From the human T2T-CHM13v2.0 reference genome, Homo sapiens, in assembly GCF_009914755.1 (NCBI RefSeq), contig NC_060947.1: a stretch of DNA of 64,000 nucleotides, one strand, 5' to 3'. Position numbers and translations under genes: made by a program. Positions 20,451 through 34,546 of this stretch are shown piece after piece. The notes beneath the pieces are model-generated. The model did not search any database. It saw only the letters and a list, made by a program, of their open reading frames with translations, and was not told the origin of the DNA. The first letter of the stretch is position 1; each line of letters begins with the position of its first letter.

Positions 20451-22376
20451 TCATAGAGGTACAACCTTGGTGATCTTGAATAAGATCCAAAAGAATTCTC
20501 TGCATTACCAGGAAGAGTCTCTTGTTCTCTTCCTTTACTTTCTCTCAAATGATCAGAGTCCCTCTTTCTGTGCTACGCTGTCTGGAGCTGGGGTAGAAGT
20601 GACACAAGCACTCTTGTGTCCACCACTGAGACAGTGCTGACTCAGACATGAATCTAGCAGAGCACTGTGTCTTGCACAAATTCTATCATAACCCCTGCCT
20701 GGCTACAGCAAATGTTTGCTCAAGGCCCTATGGCTCTACAGTCAGCAAGTGGCAAAGCCAACCAGGCTTGTGTCTTTCCCTTCAGGGTGGTGAGTCCCCC
20801 ATGGTCTCGGGTGAGTCCAGAGAGGCCGTCCAGGACCCAGGGCCTAGAGTTTAAAAACTTTGGAATCTACCTGGTGTTGCATTCTACTATGGCTGAGCTG
20901 GCACCCAAGCCACAAGACAAGGACCTTTGCTCTCTTTCTGGTCCTTTCCATAAGCAGAAATGTCTCTCCCCATGGCCACCACCAACCCAGGCCCATGGCA
21001 AATACTGCCTGGGTACCACTGATGTTCATTCAAGAACTAAGGTCTCTTCAGTCAGCTTATGGTGAATGCTGCCAAGCCTGGGCTCCCTTCTGGCCCAGGG
21101 AAGCTCCAGAAATGCTGTCCAAGAGCCAACACCTGGAACTGGGGACTCCAAATGCTTGCTTGGTACTCTACCCCACTGTGGCTGAACTGGTACCTAAGCT
21201 ACAAGACAAAGTCCCTTTTTACTCATCCTTGTTCATTTCTCAAGCAGAAATCATCCCTGCTGCCACAGCCACTAGAGCTGGGAATGTGCTAGGTCACATC
21301 TGGAGCCAGCATGTCTCTGAGTCTCACTCAAAGCCCACAGTAAGTACTGCCTGGGTACCACTGCTAATTATTTAGGGCCCAAGGCCTCTTTAGTCAGCAG
21401 GTAATGAATTGTGCCAGGACTGAGTAATTCTTTCAAGGCAGCAGGTTCTCTTCTGGCCCAGGATGTGTCCGTAAATGTCATCTGGGAGCTAGAGCCTAGA
21501 ATGTGAGTCTCAGGGCTCTGCCTGGTACCTTATCCTACTGTGGATGAGCTGGTATCCGAGTTGCAAAACAAAGTCCTCTTTACGGTGGAAGATGACGAAC
21601 AGGAGTCAGGACTAGCTTGCAACTCCCACTCGAATGCACAGAGCAGCATGTGGAGATTCACATCATGAACTTTTGCTTCAAGAACTACTGCAGGAAAATA
21701 CCAGAAAAGCCAAGAGAATCCACAGACCCTTTGAAGGAACTGGATCACTGCTGCAGGCTCCCTGAGATGCCGAAAAACTGACCACAGCTGATACACTCTT
21801 GAAAGTGCCACCTCCTGGCTGGAGGCCAACCAACACAAAACCAGTGCACTAAACAAAAACACAACCAAAGACCCTCAAAAAATCCACTTCACTCTCCTGC
21901 TACCTCCACTAGAGCAAGTGCTGGTATCCATGGCTGCAAGACCTGAAGATGGATCACATCACAGGACTCTTTGCAGACACTCCCCAGTACCAGCCCAGAG
22001 CCCAGTAGCTCTGCTGGGTGGCTAGACCCAGAAGAGGAATAACAATCACTACAGTTTGGCTCTCAGGGAGCCCCATTCCTAGGGGAAGGGGGAGAACAAC
22101 ATATTGAGGGAGCATGCTGTGGGACAAAAGAATCTGAACAGCAGCACTTGAGTCCCAGATCTTCACTCTGACATAGTCTACCCAAATGAGAAGGAACCAG
22201 AGAAACAATTCTGGTAATATGACAAAACTAGGTTCTTTAACACCCCCAAAAGATCATACTAGCTCATGAGCAGTAGATCCAAACCAAGACAAAATCTCTG
22301 AAATGCCAGAAAAAGAATTCAGAAAGTCAATTAAGCTAATCAAGGAGGTACCAGAGAAAGGTGAAGTCCAACTTAA

Positions 22377-23160
<784 letters not shown>

Positions 23161-26100
23161 TCCATCATGCCCAGGCATAATCCATCGTGCACAGGCTTAA
23201 TCCATCATGTCCAGATGAAAAGAATCTTAAGAGCTGTGAGGTGAAAGGATCATGTAACCTATAAAGGAGAACCTATAAGATTAACAGCAGATTTCTCAGC
23301 AGAAACCTTACAAGCTAGAAAGGATTGGGGTCCTATTTTTAGCCTCCTTAAACAAAGCAATTATCATCCAAGAATTGTGTGTCCAGCCAAACTAAGCTTC
23401 ATAAATGAAGGAAAGATACATTCTTTTCCAGACAAACAAATGCAGACAGAATTTATCACTACCAAGCTAGCACTACAATAACTGTTAAAAGGAGCTCTAA
23501 GTCTTGAAACATGTCCTCAAAATACACCAAAATAGAACCTCTTTAAAGCATAAATCTCACAGGACCTATATAACAATAACACAATGAAAAAAAAACAAGG
23601 TGTTCAGGCAACAAATAGCATGATGAGTATAATAGTACCTCACATCTCAATATTAACATTGAATGTAAATGGCCTAAATGCTCCACTGAAAAGATACAGA
23701 ATGGCAGAATGGATACGTATTCTCCAACCAAGTTTCTGCTGTCTTCAAGAGTCTCACCTAATGCATAAGGACTTACACAAACTTAAGGTAAAGTGGTGGA
23801 AGAAGACATTCCATGCAAATGGACACCAAAAGCAAGCAGGAGTAGCTATTCTTAGACAGAACAAACTAAAGCAACAGCAGTTAAAAAGACAAAAAGGGAC
23901 ATTATATAATGATAAGAGGACTAGTCAAATAGATAATTATCAGAGTTATAAATATATATGCACCTAATACTGGCACTCGCAAATTTGTAAAACAATTACT
24001 ACTAGACCTAAGAAATGAGATAGATGGCAACACGATAATAGTGGGGGACTTCAATACTCCACCAAAAGCACTAGACAGTTCATCAAGACAAGAAGTCAAA
24101 GAAAAAACAATGGAATTTAACTATACCCTACAACAAATGGACTTAACATATATTTACAGAACATTCTACCCAACAATTGCAGAATATACATTCTATTCAT
24201 CAGCATATGAAACATTCTCCAAGATAGACCATATAGTAGGCCACTAAAAAAGTCTTAGTAAATTTAACAAAGCCAAAATTGTATCAAGTACTCTCTCAGA
24301 CTACAGTGGAATAAAATTGGAAAAAAACTCCAAAAGGAACCCTCAAAACCATTCAAATACATGAAAATTAAATCACCTGTTCCTGAATGATCATTGGGTC
24401 AACAATGAAATCAAGATGGAAATTTAAAAATTATTTGAACTGAACAATAATAGTGACACAAGCTATCAAAACCTCTGGGATGCAGCAAAGTGGTGCTAAG
24501 AAGAAAGTTCGTAGCATTAAATGTCCATATCAAAAAGTCTGAAAGAGCACAAATAGACAATTTAAGGTCACACCTCACAGAACTGAATAAAGCAAGAACA
24601 ATCCAAACCCAAACCTAGCAGAAAAAAATAAGTAACAAAGATCAGAGAAGAACTAAATGAAATTGAAACATACAAACAAAAACAATACAAAAGACAAATG
24701 AATCAAAAAGCTGGTTCTTTGAAAAAATAAATAAAATTGATAGACCATTAGCAAGATTAACCAAGAAAAGAAGATTCAAATAAGCTCAATTAGAAATGAA
24801 ACGAGAGATATTACAAATGATACCACAGAAATACAAAAGATTTTTCAAGGCTACTATAAACACTAGAAAACCTAGAGGAGATAGATAAATTTCTGGAAAT
24901 ATATAACCCTTCTAGATTAAACCAGGAAGATATAGAATCTCTGAACAGACCAATAACAAGCAGTGAGACTGAAATAGTAAAAATTGCCAACAAAAAAACG
25001 TTCAGGACCAGACCAAGTTGCAGCTCAATTCTATCAGATATTCAAAGAAGAATTGGTACCAATTCTGTTGACACTATTCCAAAAGATAGAGAAAAAGGGA
25101 GTCCTTCTTAAATCATTCTATGAAGCCAGTATCACGCTAATATCAAAACCGTGGAATGACATAACAACAACAAAAAACTACAGACCAATATCCCTAATTA
25201 ACATAGATGCAAAAATCTTCAACAAAATTTAAAACAAAAATCATGTGACCATCTCAATAGACTCAGAAAAAGCATTTGGCAAAATGCAACATCTCTTTAT
25301 GGCTAAAACCTTCAGCAAATTTGGCATGGAAGGGACATACTTTAAGGTAGTAAAAGCCATCCATTACAAACTCACAGCCAACATTCTAATAAAAGGGGAA
25401 AAGTTGGAAGCATTCCCACTGAGAACTAGAACAAGACAAGGATGTCCACTTTTACCACTTCTATTCAACATTGTACTGGAAGTCCCAGACAGAGCAATCA
25501 AACAAGAGAAAGAAATAAAGGGCATCCTAATAGATAAAGAGGAAGTCAGACTGTCACATTCACTGATGATATGATTGTATACCTAGAAAACCCTGAGACT
25601 CATTCAAAAAGCTCCTAGAACTGATAGATAAATTCAGCAAACTTAGGATACAAAATTAATGTACACAAATCAGTAGCTCTGCTATCCACAAACAGCAACT
25701 AAGCTGAGAACCAAATCAAGAACTCAACTTCTTTCACAATAGCTGCAAAAAACATAAAATACTTAGGAATATACCTAACCAAGGATATGAAAGGCCTCTA
25801 CAAGGCAAACGACAAAACACTGCTGAAAGAAGTAATAGATAACACAAACAAAGGGAAACAAATCCAATGCTCATGGATGGGTAGAATAAATATTGTGAAA
25901 ATGACCATACTGCCAAAAGCAATCTATAAATTCAATGCAATTCCCATCAAAATACCACCATCATTCTTCACAGAACTAGAAAAAATTATCCTAAAATTTA
26001 TATGGAACCAAAAAAGAGCCTGCATAGCCAAAGCAAGTCTAAGCTATAAAAATAAATCTGGTGATATTGCATTACCTGACTTCAAATTATACTATAAGGC

Positions 26101-26463
26101 CATAGTCACGAAAACAGCATGGTACTGGTATAAAAACAGGCATGTAGACCAATGGAACAGAATAGAGAACCCAGAAACAAAGCCAAATAGTTACAGCCGA
26201 TGATCTTCAACAATGCAAATAAAAACATAAAGTGGGGAAAGGACATCCTATTCAACAAATGGTGCTGAAATAATTGGCAAGCCACATGTAGGAGAATGAA
26301 ACTGGATCGTCATCTCTCACCTTATATAAAAGTCATCTCAAGATGAGTCAGACTTAAATCTAAGACCTGAAACCATAAAGATTCTAGAAGATAACATTGG
26401 AAAAATACTTCTGGTCATTGGCTTAGGCTAAGATTTCATTACCAGGGACCCAAAAGCAAATGC

Positions 26464-26491
26464 AAAAAAAAAAAAAAAAAAAAAAAAAAAA
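26464..26491 (+). repeat. Poly(A) expansion inside L1PB ORF2
   Basis: Run of about 28 A; gives the poly-Lys stretch in ORF 26460-26717. Confidence 0.9.
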
Positions 26492-27137
26492 GATAAATAA
26501 ATGGGACTTAATTAAACTAAAAAGCTTCTGCACGGCAAAAGAAATAATTGGCAGAATTAACAGAAAATCCACAGAGTGGGAGAAAATCTTCATAATCTAT
26601 ACATCCAACAAAGGCCTAATATCCAGAATCTACAAAGAACCCAAACAAAGCAAGAAAAGAACAAACAATCCCATCAAAAAGTGGGCTAAGGATATGAATA
26701 GACAATTCTCAAAATAAGATATACAAATGGCCAACAAGCATATGTAAAAATGCCAAACATCACTAAATATCAGGGAAATGAAAATCAAAACCAAAATGCA
26801 ATACCACCTCACTCCTGCATGTATAGCCATAATCAGAAAATCAAAAAATAATCGATGTTGGCATGGATGCAGTGAAAACGGAACACTTACACTGTTGGTG
26901 GGAATGTAAACTAATACAACCACTGTGGAAAACACTGTTGGAATTCCTTAAAGAACTAAAAGTAGATACACCATTTAATCCAGCAATCCCATTACTAGGT
27001 ATCTACCCAAAGGAAAAGAAGTCATTATATGAAAAAGATACTTGCACACACGTTTATAGCAACACAATTTGCAATTGCAAACATATGGAACCAGCTCAAA
27101 TGCCCATTAGTCAACAAGTGGATAAAGAAAATGTGCC

Positions 27138-27343
27138 ATATATATATGTGTGTGTGTGTGTATGTATGTGTGTGTATATATATACATATATACATATATA
27201 CATATACATATATATACATATATACACATACATGTATGCATATATATGTATACATACACGTATGCATATATATGTATACGTGTATGTATGCATATGTATG
27301 TATGCATATATACATATGTATATATGTGTGTGTGTATATATAT
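27138..27343. repeat. Compound (TA)n/(TG)n/(TACA)n microsatellite
   Basis: About 205 bp of alternating purine-pyrimidine sequence within the L1PB 3' end. Confidence 0.95.
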
Positions 27344-28445
27344 AGGAATACTACTCAGCCATAAAAAGGAATGAAATAATGGCATTTGCAGTAACCTGGA
27401 TGGAATTAGAGACAATCATTCTAAGTGAAGTAACTCACGAATGGAAAAAACAAAGGTCGTATGTTCTCATGCATATGTGGGAGCTAAGCTATGAGGATGG
27501 AAAGGCATAAGAATGATACATTGGACTACGGGGACTCAGGGAAAATGGAGGGTGGTGGTGAGGGATAAAAGACCACTCATTAGGTACAGTGTACACTGCT
27601 TGGATGATGGGTGCACCAAAATCTCAGAAATCACCTCTGAAGAACTTATTCATGTAACGAAACACCACCTGTTCCCCAAAAATCTATTGAAATAAAAAAA
27701 TTAAAAATTAAAAACCAAAAAACAAAGTCCTCTTTAACCTTTCCTCTCCTCTTCTCAAGTAGAAAGAAAGAATCTCTCTTGGAGCGGTGCTACCTAGGGT
27801 TGGGGAAGGGGTGGCACAAGCACTCTTTTCGATGACCCAGCTGATGTCTCACTGAGTCATGTTATCCCAAGTCCACTGGCTCTGAGCCCAGCATGGCAGC
27901 AGGACTTTCCCAAGAATTGCAGTACTTGTGGCTTTGAGAGCCTTTCAAGTTTATTTAGTACCCCAGAGCCCTTTAGTCCATAGTGGCAAGGCTTGTTGGA
28001 ACTCAGGTTCTGACCACTGGGATGGACGATTCCCCTCTGGCTAGGACTGATCTAGATGCTCCCTCCATGGACACCATCTGAGTTCTGTCCAGTGTTGCCT
28101 TCTGACAGGGCAGCACTGCGTTCCAATGCAAAGTCTCACAATCACTGAGCTCTCCTTCCCCCAAGTGCATAGATTCTCTCTCTATGCCATGCAGCCCCTG
28201 CTGGGGGTACGGGGGTGGGCTGGGGTCAACAATTAAAGACTTTATTTCCTACTCTCTTCAGGCCCTCTTTCAGTAATATGAAGTTAAAACCAGGTACTGT
28301 GAACACTCATCTGATTTTTGGCTCTTATGAAGGTGCATTTTTGTGTGGATAGTTGTTCAAGTTGGTGTTCCTGTGGGATGGGACATTATCTGGAGGCTTC
28401 CATTCTGCCATCTCGCTCTACCTCCTCCCTTTCACACTTGTTCTT

Positions 28446-30150
28446 AAAAGATAATTTGTTGACTACATAATTCTACGTTGAAATTTATATTCTTTCAGCA
28501 CCTTGAATACATAATTTATCTTCTGTCTTTCATTTTTGCTTTAAGATGTTGGCTGTTAGTTTAATTGCTTTCCATTGTACATCATCTATTTTTCCCTCTA
28601 GCTTCTTTTAAAAGTTTCTCTGTGTTTGGGGTATGTCACCAAATGTCTGGACAAGAATTTGTTTTTATTTATCCTGCTTTGTATATTTTTTGCTTCCAAT
28701 ATCTGTGGATACATGTCTTTTATGAGGTTTGGAAAATTCTTAGTCATTATATTTTCAAATATTACATTTTTTTCCATTCTCCTTATTGTTTTATGTGACA
28801 TATATTAAAATTTCTCATCCTCTGCCTCATAAACTTCTCCTTCATAGTTTCCATTTTTCCTTCTCTGTTGCATTATGTATAGTTTCCTCAGATGTATCTT
28901 CCAGTTTGCTAATATTTTCTTAACACTGTCTAATATGCTGTTTAGCACATATGTTGATTTTTTAATGACTGTTTTCAGTGTTTTAAGTTTCATTTGGATA
29001 TATATATGTATATGTTATATATATATGTATGTTATATATATATATGTTTTGTTGGCTACTTATTTTTAGATGTTGGCGTGCATTTCAAAAAATAGTTTGT
29101 CTTAGTCTGTTTTGTGTTGCTATAAATGAATAAGTGAAAGTTGGTAGTTTACAAAGAAAATAGGATTATTTTAACTCATATTCCTATAGGCTGGAAAATG
29201 AAGGACATGGCTCTGGCTTCTGGCAATGACATTCATGCCATGTTACAACATGGTGGAGAAGATCAAAGGAAAACCAGAACCATCCAATAAGGGAAAAACC
29301 TGAGGGACATCTTGAGTTTATAACAACCGACTCTTGAAAGAACTAATTCATTCCCATGAGAGCCAATATAGTCTTGCAAGAGTTAAAACACACTCACTAC
29401 TCAAGAACAGCATGAAGCCATTCATGAGGGACCTGCTCCCATGACTCAAACACTTCTCTCTAGGTTCTACCTCTCAGCACTGTACCTTTGGGAATCAAAT
29501 TTCAATGTGAGTTTTCATGGGGACAAACAAACCATATCCAAACTATAGCGCAGTTCATGCACAGTTGTTTTATAATCTGTAGGTGATTATTCAAATAACT
29601 AAAGGAAGTCTGTTGGAATGTAAGCCTATTGTTTGTTTTTTATTTGTTTGCATTCACTCATAATGGTTTTGTCCTTGTGTGTTTGGTAATATTTTATAGT
29701 GAGATCACAGTTAATTAATATTTATCTGTGAGACTGCAAGGGATTTAGATTCAAGATGTTTTCCTCCAGAGAAGATCTGCTTTTGCTTCTGCGTTGCCAG
29801 GGTACATTACAAACCTGAGATCACTGTAGCTCTTTTGCAGGGGTGGATCTTGGCCTAGTGCCCACAGGCTCAAATTCAGCTCCCTTGATTTCTGCCAGTT
29901 CAATATTTGTGTCCTTATCCATGTCAGCGCTAATAATAATATTTATCCTCATATCTAAGCCATCTTTCTGCTTACTTGTTGCTAGCTGCACTGTTTCAGA
30001 TTACCCACTTTTTGGCTAGCAGAGAATGTGCCTAGAAACTTTCTGTTACTTTTTGAGCCCAGCAATACATTAAACATCTGTTTTATTGAGAATGTATTTG
30101 ATGCATTGTGAGAAAGTTCCTCAACATATCTAGTCCACTATACAACCAGA
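28446..30150 (-). mobile_element. Ancient L1M ORF1/5' region (host of the L1MA2-like insertion; left part at about 14170-14436)
   Basis: ORF1-like remnant 28598-28801 'IFENIMTKNFPNLIKDMYPQILEA'; interrupted by an MST LTR. Confidence 0.7.
29098..29550. mobile_element. MaLR solo LTR (MST family)
   Basis: TGTCTTAGTCTGTTTTGTGTTGCTATAA ... CCATATCCAAACTATAGCG; 5-bp TSD TAGTT (29093-29097) / CAGTT (29551-29555). Confidence 0.88.
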
Positions 30151-30154
30151 CATT

Positions 30155-31345
30155 CTCTTCCCACTCTTGCTTCAATGAACTGGCATCTGGATTTTTTTCT
30201 CTCACCTTTTATCAGAAACTGTCATTAAAAGATCACCTAAGAGCTTCACAGTACTAAATCTAATAGAAGTTTCTGTCCTTGTCAGCACTTGACCTATCTG
30301 CCCTTGACTATCTCAGTTTCCTTTGTAAATTGTAATATCATCCATCCCTTAAATGTTTCTGTTCTTTGGGATTTTAATCTTAACCCTTTCCTTTTAAACC
30401 CACACACTTTCTATGATCAATCTGATTTATTCTTCTTGCTCTGGCTACCATCTATATATTGATAACTCCCAACACTGTCTTCATCCCAAACAAACCGGTC
30501 TATTCAACTGCCTGCAGTACTTGAATGTTCCATAGTTCCTTTATATTCAACATGTTCAAAACTAAATTTATCATCTTGCTGTCATACTCCCAACTCCTTC
30601 TTTCTCCTGTGTTCTCTATTCATACTGCACAAGCCAGAAAACAGTCCATTATTCATAATGTTTTCTTCTCTTAAGGTTTTCACATTCAATAAACCACCAA
30701 GTCTGACTATTCTACATCTCTGGAGCCATCTACTTTTCTCCAGCTTCAGTGCCATTGCCCTGGTAAAGATAAGTCACTTTCATCTCTTGCTTGGAGTATA
30801 GTGACAGCCTCTTAACTGGTTTCTCTGCCTGTCCTCTTGAACCCTCTCCTTCCCACCACCCAATACTGTCTCCATACTATAGTGAATAAGTTTTCTAAAA
30901 TATAATCCTGTTACTATTTTGCTTAAAAGAACAACTAGTGATTGATTACAGGATAAAATTCAAATTCTTTTCCCAAGATCCTTTGAGATCTGGCCTCTGT
31001 CTATCATCCAGCTTCACGTCTCTGTCATACTACATTCCCCTTCCATGGCTGTCACAATACTTGAAGGAATATTGAGTTACTTCCAGTTTCCCAAATATGT
31101 TTTCTCAAACAGAAGTGCCTCTGTTCTTACTCCTCCCTCTCTCTCTAATCCCCTTACTTGTTGTCTTTAATAGTTGTGTGAGGTGTTCTCTTAATATCCT
31201 GAATTTACCTTTAGTTTGTGTTTGTCTTATTGCACTGTAAATACCTTCTGTCTTCTTCATTAGACTGTGTCTTAAGGATGGTCTATGCCTCATTTATCAC
31301 AACACCTAAACATACAAGGCATTCAACAAATGTTTGCAACAAGAA
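30155..31345 (+). mobile_element. L2 LINE 3' fragment
   Basis: Degenerate L2 motifs (TCAACATGTTCAAAACTAAAT, GCCTCTTAACTGGTTTCTCTGCCT) ending AGGCATTCAACAAATGTTTG. Confidence 0.75.
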
Positions 31346-31977
31346 AATGGAAGAAAACTAGCCTGCTAGCTTAGCTTTATTTGTAACATACTGTTGCAAA
31401 CTGTACTGAGAAAGAGCAAAATGAATGTGCAAGTGCTTTAAGCCCTCTGGCCAACTATCAATTCCACATCTAACCTTAATGCATGTATGAGTGTAGTATA
31501 TGCTAATCTCAGCCCATTGCTGCTCTTCAATTAGTTACAGAGAGTTCAATTAACTTCATACTCTAGTGCCAAGAATACTAAAGGTATGGTGTATGGACCA
31601 TACCTTTATCAAGCCTTTATCAGCACTGATACGGTCCATATCAGATATGGACCATACTTTATTAAGCCTTTATCAGCAATAGAAGTAGGAGAATCTTAGC
31701 AACTATTTACTTAAGGAGTTCTGGACCTATCTTTAAGTTTCTACTTTTATTTGTTTCTTCTGATTACAAAATGAAGATGGGTTGTTAGATTAGTGTTACT
31801 TAAATATTAACATTTTTAGATCTAAAAGTTAACCTAATGAATTTTCAATAATGAGTTTTGTTTTTTGTTTTTTGTTTTTTTTAATGAAAACAAGATGAGA
31901 ATTTGTATCTTAAGGAAGGAGAGGAAGGGTGGACCGAAGCATCTAATGTTCTTGTTTCTACTTTTTAACCTATTTCT

Positions 31978-31997
31978 GCTGCTGCCATCTAGTGTTC
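31978..31997 (-). promoter_or_regulatory. Candidate CTCF binding motif
   Basis: GCTGCTGCCATCTAGTGT; reverse complement ACACTAGATGGCAGC matches the core CCASYAGRKGGCRS at all but the first base. Motif match only. Confidence 0.45.
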
Positions 31998-32844
31998 TGT
32001 CTGTGCTGTCTGCATTTGCTTTTTAGCATTAACTCTGTATTCCTAAATGCCACTTCAGGAAGGGATCTGGATATTCTGATTTTTCTGTTCAATGTTCTTT
32101 CTATTTCATGACACTTAGGATCAAATATGCCATAGTAATAACAACTGTAGCTCCAAGCTGTGAAGGTCTTTGCAGTTTACAAAGTGCTTTTACACTCTTA
32201 TAATCTCAGAAGATTGTTTCTAACAGTGGCTTTTCAATGATCCAACAACTACAAATTTTCTAAGGAAAATAATCATAGCATGTCAGAGGTGGAAAAGCTA
32301 TTAGAGCACAGCTAGCCAAGTGGTTTTTATTTTTTTATTTAGTGTGTGTGTGTATATATAGCTAATACCTATTAAAGTTGTTGGGTAAATTAATCCCATA
32401 TGATAAACATGAATTAAAACCTTAAGTCAATAAAAACATTTCCCTTCAATAAACACTCTGCTTTGTCAATAAGTTTTTGCTCAATCTTGTTCTCAAGTAT
32501 ACATGTTAACAGTCTTTGAAAATATTTAAGTAAATGTATCAGTATTTCAGAAATGTTAATTGCCCTTCCTAGCAAGTAGACTTAGATGGGAATTCATCTT
32601 TAAACCATGCTACTTTCTATCCTGGAGGATTCCAGGGAGGTGACTTGTAGGGAGAGATAATGCTAATGATAGTTCTTCATCAGTACCCCCTGTCCCCACC
32701 TCAAAATAGACACACACCTCCTGTATCTAAGAGCATTGTTTTACTACTTTTATATGTTCTATCTTTTTGGGTTCTATATAATTTTTTTTCCTGCATATAG
32801 TTTTGTCCAGATCCAAGATTTCACTCCTTAAAAGTTGAAAATCC

Positions 32845-32960
32845 ATTTTACAGCTGAGAAAATTGAAGTTCAGAAAGGTTATGTCATGAGTAAAAGGTCA
32901 CACAGTTATCAAGTAGCAGAGTAAGGACTGGAACCCAGGTCTGCCTGATTCCAAGGCTCA
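32845..32960 (-). mobile_element. MIR fragment
   Basis: CCATTTTACAGCTGAGAAAATTGAAGTTCAGA...AAGGTCACACAG...GGAACCCAGGTCTG. Confidence 0.75.
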
Positions 32961-33054
32961 AGCTGGCTTCTCAGACAATGAAGTTGGTTATAATGAAAGA
33001 CATTAAATCCAGATAGTTAAAACAAATAAATAGTCAGGCAAGAAAACAAAGGTC

Positions 33055-34343
33055 TTTTTAAAAATTGTGGTAAAATATACATAACATTAATTTTACCATT
33101 TTAACCATTCAAAGTATACAACTTAGTGTCATTAAGTACATTTACAATGTTGTGTAAGCATCACCACTATCTATTTCCAGAACTTTTTCATTATCTTAAA
33201 CAGAAACTACATACCCATTAAACAATAATTCTTTTTGGCCATAATACAAGTCAAAAAACAATAGATGTTGGTGAGAATGTGCTTAAAAGGAAACACTTCT
33301 ACATTGCTAGAGGGAATGTAAATTAGTATAACCACTATGGAAAACAATATGGAGATTCCTTAAAGAACTAAAAGTAAATTTACTCTTCGATCCAGCAACT
33401 ACACTCAGAGGAAAAGAAGTCATTATATGAAAAAGACACATGCACACACATGATGATAGCAGCACAATTTGCAATTGCAAAGATATGAAACAAACTTAAG
33501 TGCCCATCGGCCAATGAGTGGATAAACAAAATATGGTATATATATACCAGGGAATACTACCCAGCCATAAAAAGGAACCAAATAATGTCTTTTGCAGCAA
33601 CTTGGATGGAGTTGGAGGCCATTATTCTAATTGAAGTAACTCAGGAATGGAAAACCAAATATTGTATGTTCTCACTTATAAGTGGGAGCTAAACTATGAG
33701 GACACAAAGAAGTATACAGTGATATAATGGACTTTGGGAACTCATGTAGGGGAAAGGATGGGAAGTAAGTGAGGGATAAAAGACTATGTATAGGGTACAA
33801 TGCACACCGCTCAGGTGATAGGCACACTAAACATTCAGAATTTACCACTTAACTCATCCATGTAACCAAAAACAACCTGTACCCCAAAAAACTGTTGAAA
33901 AATAATAATTAAAAATAATTCCCAATTCTCCCCTCTACTATGCCCTGACAAACACCAAATACTCTCTATGAATCTGAATTCTCTAGTTACCTCATATAAG
34001 TGGAATCATAAAATATTTGGCCTTTTGTGACTAGTTTATTTCACGAAAATAATGTCTTTGAGGTTCATCCATGTTGTAACATGCATCAGAATTTCCTTCC
34101 CTTTTAAGGCTGAATAATATTCCATTGTATGGAACATATACCATGTATTGTTTATCCATTCATGGACATTTAGGTTGTTACACCTTTTGCTTATCATGAA
34201 TAATTCTGCTGTGAAAGTTGGTGTACAAATATTCATTTGAGTCCCTGCTTTCAATTCTTTTATACCTCAGAATGGAATTGATGGATCACATGATATTTTT
34301 ATATTTAACTTTTTGAGAAACTATCAAACTGCTTTCTATAATG
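33055..34343 (-). mobile_element. 5'-truncated L1MB-like 3' end, split by an L1PB fragment
   Basis: AAATTGTGGTAAAATATACATAACAT 3' terminus; resumes at 33911; ORF2 C-terminal remnant 34036-34254. Confidence 0.8.
33232..33910 (+). mobile_element. 5'-truncated L1PB 3' end
   Basis: Clearly homologous to 26826-27700; approximate TSD AA(C)AATAATTC at about 33220-33231 and 33911-33921. Confidence 0.88.
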
Positions 34344-34546
34344 AAGAAGACTTTTTAAGACAAACGAGTCCGGTTCCAAAATGGCCGAATAGGAACAGCT
34401 CCAGTCTACAGCTCCCAGCGTGAGCAACACAGAAGACGGGTGATTTCCAACTGAAGTACCAGGTTCATCTCACTGGGGCTTGTCGGACAGTGGGTGCAGG
34501 ACAGTGGGTGCAGCGCACCGAGTGTGAGCTGAAGCAGGTTGAGGCA

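Noticed and set aside
26863-27415. Cluster of Tyr/Ile/Cys/His-rich ORFs in several frames
   Set aside because: Artefact of the stop-poor TA/TG microsatellite.
31579-31678. CRISPR-like repeat-spacer array
   Set aside because: Only two copies, the spacer derives from the repeat itself, the context is eukaryotic and there are no cas genes.
34485-34513. GGACAGTGGGTGCA tandem duplication in the L1 5' UTR
   Set aside because: As I recall, a near-duplicate at this position is a normal feature of L1PA 5' UTRs.
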